Part shown: one piece after another, positions 52,588 to 64,000 of the stretch | How the letters are laid out: each line of letters opens with the position of its first letter | Position numbering within the stretch: position 1 is the stretch's first letter | NCBI GenBank assembly: GCA_003344405.1 | Contig: NOWV01000130.1 | Location: forward strand, 62,001-126,000 | Length of the DNA: 64,000 nucleotides | Origin: Trichoplax sp. H2 | Lineage: Eukaryota | Direction: 5' to 3' | Notes under the pieces: model-generated | What the model saw: only the letters and a program-made list of their open reading frames with translations | The model's database searches: none | What the model was told of the DNA's origin: nothing | Program-made: the position numbers and the translations under genes

Positions 52588-53610
52588 ATGGATAATAACA
52601 ATAGCAATACGACTGTACCCAAAATGGATCTGGTTTATCTTATTTTACAAGCCACTATATTATCCATTATTACCCTATTTATGATTGTAGGCAATTTTAT
52701 CGTTATTGTAGTTGTTAATCGTTCAGAACAACTACAAAATGCTTCCGGTATCTTTATGGCCAACTTAGCCGTTACCGATTTAACTTTAGGTGTTATTTTA
52801 ATGCCCATTACCATTGCTAGCTCCATCTTAGGCCGTTGGATATTTAGTGATATAATGTGTAAATTTTGCGGTTTTTTAAATGTTATGTTATGTAGCACAT
52901 CAGCATTAACTGTCATGTTATTGAGTATCGACCGTTTTATTGCTATTTCACGTCCAATGCAATATATTAAAATTATGTCCAAAAAGCGAGCCTTAGTGTT
53001 ATCCACTTACATGTGGATCCATTCAGCTATCGTCTCGACATTTCCATTACTAGGTTGGGCTAAATATGAATATGTTGAAGCCGAAGCAGTTTGTTTTGCT
53101 ATCGAAAGTGTATCCTATTTTAATTTTCTATGCGCATCGACAGTATTTTTGGCTATCTTTTTAATTATCATTACCCATATCTACATCTTAAAAGTGGCTA
53201 TCAAGCAATCGCAGCAAATTGTAACCTTAACACCTGGTTTTGAAGATGTCACAAGAGAAACGATGCGCCAAATGAATCGTAAAACAGCCAAGACTGTCTT
53301 AATTATTGTTGGTGTCTATTTAGCCTGTTGGATACCTTATATTTCATTAACTTATGTCCAAATTTACGCTAACTATGTTCCACCACCAATTGCTATTACA
53401 ATCACATCAGGTCTAATTTTTGTCAATTCAGCATCCAATCCAATTATTTATGGTACATTCCATCGACGTTTTCGTAATGCTTTCATTCGGTCATTTATGC
53501 CAATTTTGACCAAATGTAGCATAGTTGATGAATACGCTCATAATCGCGAGCAAGCAAGTTATCTTCATACTTCCAATACTGTACGGAAACTTAATAATTC
53601 CAATCATTAA
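52588..53610 (+). CDS. Class A (rhodopsin-like) orphan GPCR, GPR161-like/amine-receptor-like, single coding exon (340 aa from ATG 52588)
   Basis: Seven hydrophobic segments with GN (TM1), NLAVTD (TM2), WIFSDIMC, SIDRF (TM3), W4.50, CWIP (TM6) and NPIIY (TM7). N-terminal N-glycosylation sequons (NNS, NTT). Confidence 0.92.
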   Translation: MDNNNSNTTVPKMDLVYLILQATILSIITLFMIVGNFIVIVVVNRSEQLQNASGIFMANLAVTDLTLGVILMPITIASSILGRWIFSDIMCKFCGFLNVMLCSTSALTVMLLSIDRFIAISRPMQYIKIMSKKRALVLSTYMWIHSAIVSTFPLLGWAKYEYVEAEAVCFAIESVSYFNFLCASTVFLAIFLIIITHIYILKVAIKQSQQIVTLTPGFEDVTRETMRQMNRKTAKTVLIIVGVYLACWIPYISLTYVQIYANYVPPPIAITITSGLIFVNSASNPIIYGTFHRRFRNAFIRSFMPILTKCSIVDEYAHNREQASYLHTSNTVRKLNNSNH

Positions 53611-56600
53611 CATATGTAGAATTATAGTTAACTACTCTCGCGATGAATTTCATCTATTTCAAGTAGATGCCGTGATTCAATATTTTCCATGTTTGGCATA
53701 AGTTTACGAGTTAAAGATGTTGAAAAATAATAATAATCGATGGTTATCTTCAATTTTACTCGCAACGCTTTAAAAGTTCTTCCCTCTTACTCTTTATTTC
53801 ATATTTTTATTTTTTATAATTTATTCAACTTCTATGACCATGGTAGGACATCGGAGAAATTCATATGGATATAATCCACATTTAGGCTAATTTTTATCTT
53901 AACCTTAACGGACTGCTAGGAGTTCCACCCTTCTAACCCGGTTTTTATGAATTCTATTGACTCTAACTTGTATAGGTAAGGGATTATAGAAAGCTTTCAA
54001 GATCGAGGCTCTTTGTAGATATGCTATTCCTATTCATACCCTTGTTAAAATTAAGCTTTAACTGTCGTTGAAGCGGTATAGCTACACATTTCTATACTCA
54101 AAAAACTCTATCCAATTAATATGGATGAGCAAAAATTATTGGCTATCTTGTCTATGATATCATTTTACTAACGTCGTTATTGGAATGAGCAAATAAGAGC
54201 ACCGCATTAAATATTCAACCGAACGAATTGGTAACTTCTGTACGCTATGGCTTGCTACTGCTACTCCAATTGATAAGACTTTTGCCATAATTTAGGTCAT
54301 AAAAGATTAAAATTTACTATGTGTGGAATGAATAAAAATTTGGTCGCCCAGATGCTATTATTAAATAATTGTCAGGCCTTAATTAAAATTTGCAACTAGT
54401 GCTTCAATCGCTAATACAATCACTACTATTTCGATCAAAAAGGATTCAGCTTTATTTCGTGCGAAAATAATTAAAAAATATGTTCACTAGGTTGTATTAT
54501 TAAATTACTAACCAGACTTATTATAATTGGAAATATTAATCACGCAAGTAAGCGATGTAGGAATGTCATTGTATACGTACAATATGATATTATTTCTCCT
54601 TCTCACTTTTATGTGTGTGTCTTTGCTCATCAATAAACGAGTAAATACAAAAATCTTGACACAGAGCGGATTGATAGGGTGAATAAAATCCGAAAAGTAG
54701 CTATCGCAACATATAAATCTATATCTCATTACTTTTCAGTCCACTAGGATCATTATTTATGGCATTCCTTTTTTCCTTTTTTCCGCTACTTCATACGGTA
54801 CTCAATACTTAATGGAAATGATGATTAATAAGCTTTGTGTTAAAAATTGAAGCAGAAAGACATAAATATTTTTTTATTTGTAAACTTATAGATTAAGCAA
54901 CACAACTAATAAATATGTAAATGCTTTGTATCGCATATTGTTAACAACCATCTAAAATGACCCAGTTCAATATAATTTTAATTTAGCTGAACTCTCAGTA
55001 TATGGGTCTTAAATATCCTTTCTTTCTTTCAGGTATTATTTTAATTATAAAAGTGTATGAGATTGCAACCACTTTAAATATTGCTCGTTTTAATCGACTA
55101 ATATTGAATCACCGACTGATAAAATTCAAGATGATAAATGTACGCGTCAATTAGCTATTTAAATAATTTTGCTTCGTAAAAGTATAATATTAGATAATTT
55201 TCTTTTTCCTATTGTTAAATATTAATTTACAACTATAGCACGATAAACTATTAATATTGGCTAAATTATAAGTTCATTCAGCTATTATTGCAAATATATT
55301 ATATTCATTCACATCAAATCCTGTCTAAAAAATTTTTAATTTGTTATTTTAATTAATCATGGTTCTATATGTATATAAATTGCAGTTTGAACATTCAAGT
55401 CTACATAGTTTATCGAAATTATCTAAAGATATATGCTAGAAAAACTCCATTGCGTTTATGTACCTTCATGTTATTATTGCCTAAAATATCTTTTATATTC
55501 TATATGACAATGGTGTTTTATCCGATCATGTAGGAATATATATTTAGAAGGAAAAAATTTAAATGACAACCTTAATGAAAATATCTCAAATGGTGTTGAT
55601 ATGTTTTTACTAATATAATGTATAAACAATTTATTTCATTTCTCTTTATCTTATGTAATTATAGTCAGTATTTATGGTTAGCAAACACCACGATTTAGTT
55701 GAAATCTTATTTTGATTGACGGCTTTTTCCATCTCAATAAAAAAAATTTAAATTAATTCAAGATTAATCCAATCGAACTTTGCTGCAGTTCTAGGCAGAG
55801 CTTTCGATGTACGTATTGAGAAATGACGCACCCGGGGTATCCTCCATCTAAAATATCTTCCAAATCCTTTTCATTTAAAGTATATAGTATTGACTGTCAC
55901 GGCATGTTCTACTCAAAACCATCATCTTTTTTTCGCAATAATGAGCATCACAATAGTCGTAATGTTTATAGTCCTGACCACCTTATTTAATTAGAAAAAT
56001 TGATTATATCCTCAAAAACGTCTTTGACGTCCGTTAGGAGATCATAGACTGTCAATATCCAACTCTATAGTTTAACGCAACTAGCAGCAGTCGATCAAAT
56101 GCCATTTCACGTTTATAATTTCGAATTTTAAACAACTTAGATTATATTAAGAGTTCTTAATACACTCTACAGCTACAAATTGCTTATTTTACATCTTACT
56201 ATAATCAAGGTATACTTCATTTTCTTGCATTTGAATTGTAAAACAAATATTATTTACATTGGACAGAAAGGCCTTAATTTTATTTTCTCTCTATTGCTTA
56301 TCATGGCATTTATGTCTAACTTCTAAATTGCCATGTTCCTCTTTATTAGTTGTAATGACCGAGTGATAGTCTTTTACTATTACTATATAACTTCAAATTC
56401 AAACGATGATACTGCGCATATTTCTAATTACTATGGTTACTTCTACCGTATAGGTGATAAAAATAAAAGAATTTATCATGTTTTCAATTACTCCGGCTTA
56501 TAGCAATCAATATCTAAGAAATCGCGATCAACAATTCAATTGAGAATTTAGTTATTAAATTCTACAAGCAATTTTTAAACTAATTGAATTCATTCTTTTT

Positions 56601-58122
56601 ATCCAATTGCGTTGATCAAGCTAAAAGCAATGTCACATTGATGTTCCTCATTAAAATTTAAATGTACAAATTTTTATGAAGTAGTAGATACAAATCGATC
56701 CATGAACGCTGACTAACTTTAACATCAGATAGATAAGTAATCAAGGACTTTGATAGAACGTTTTTATTCACATCTTCAATCGCACCTTCAATAATTAGGT
56801 ATAGTAGTCAGAATTAATACAACAGATGACGTCATTAGATTGAAATATTAACAACAACTTCAAATGGCCACACTGAATTAACTACCGCACTTTATTCATC
56901 TACTTCAATCAGGCATGTCAATCTACGTAAAAAATAATTACTTAATCATTAATTCCAGATTCCGCTTAAATGAAAGAGTAAATACAGTGATGGCTTGCTA
57001 TTGGCTTTATTACTGCATAAGGGTAGATGCAATTGAAAATGACTCGAACTATTTTTAAAATATTAATCATAAACCTATTTTTACTTAGCAATACATATCA
57101 ACCGATTGTCATCTAATAAGTTTAAACGCCTACAATCGATGCTGTAAAAGCAACATCATAATTGATTATTATCTAATTTTAAAGATGTTTTTATGAATAT
57201 ATATCGTCAAAATGTATAGAATTTTACCTTATAATAATAAATAATGAAGAAGTGCAATGCTATCTTATGGGAAATATTTCTATATCCTATACAACACTTG
57301 CATTCAACCGCTGTACACACATAACTGGAATCAAGTCCACTTTTATTGCATACTGCTCATCACAAATTATTATAAGCACGGTAATAAATTGACTCCAGCC
57401 CACAAAATATCCGCGTTGTTTAAGCAGCGTAATTAGATAAATATAAGTACACCAGTCATTACATAATAGAATATTAAAAATGTACAATGGATATAAGTCA
57501 GTTTCCAAGTCCGAGCCTCAAACAGACTAGTCAAAATACAATATCACATTTATAGCATAACCATTTAATATTTAAGTCATCTAGGAAAGTTTCTACTTCT
57601 ATTCTCAATCATTCATTAGGAATTAAAATGATTAAAGTACAGTTTGCATGTGTACGAAAAAGTATGCATGAAATCAGAAAAACAATGCATATCAATGCTT
57701 TGCTAATTAAAATAGACAGTCTTGATTTACCGTCATAAAAATAAGGTATTAAACGAATGATTATATTTAAATTACTCAATAATATAGACAAAATTCACAC
57801 ATTCATTAAGAGATATAAAAATATAGCCTATATTCTCAAAATGAGAAATTGTACCAAGACAACGGTAAATATGAATACAATTTTTAAAGTTATCTAGCTC
57901 AAATGTTCGCTTCAACTACATTAAGTTATGGTATCGAGATAACTGGAGCACCATTATCAAACATACCTCATATGAATCTGGAATCCATGTTTATAAATAA
58001 ATAATAGTGAATGGATAAGCAATAGTTTTATCGTTATAACCTAAGTACTATAGCAACTAGATTTAACACTCGAAGCCGCTTGCGCAAGTCTAACAAATTC
58101 CTCTTAATTACAGTTCTGGTAA

Positions 58123-63940
<5,818 letters not shown>

Positions 63941-64000
63941 CTATAAAAATGAGACATTTCAAAGTATAGCAGATGAAATAGAGATCAATATCCGTCTGTA

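Noticed and set aside
52635..53006. 123-aa minus-strand ORF
   Set aside because: Antisense shadow of the GPCR.

Overview
AT-rich eukaryotic (animal) genomic DNA with many short GT-AG introns. Composition and gene content suggest an early-branching metazoan such as a Trichoplax-like placozoan; this is an inference, not verified. Six protein-coding genes were reconstructed by hand from splice sites and reading-frame phases: (1) an FBXO31-like F-box protein (+); (2) VEPH1/Melted (-, at least 13 exons); (3) a secreted trypsin-type serine protease with a long charged pro-region (+, 6 coding exons); (4) a secreted 8xEGF-CUB-EGF-CUB protein (+, about 14 exons); (5) a single-coding-exon orphan class A GPCR, GPR161-like (+); (6) ACAP/centaurin-beta (-, 27 exons visible, 5' end beyond the window). 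A ~25 kb gene-poor interval upstream of the GPCR holds several degenerate tandem repeats and a 103-bp direct repeat. I found no RNA genes, CRISPR arrays or intact mobile elements, and no clearly novel multi-gene system. The most unusual items are the mini-cubilin-like EGF/CUB protein, the protease pro-domain, and the GPCR with its large upstream desert.
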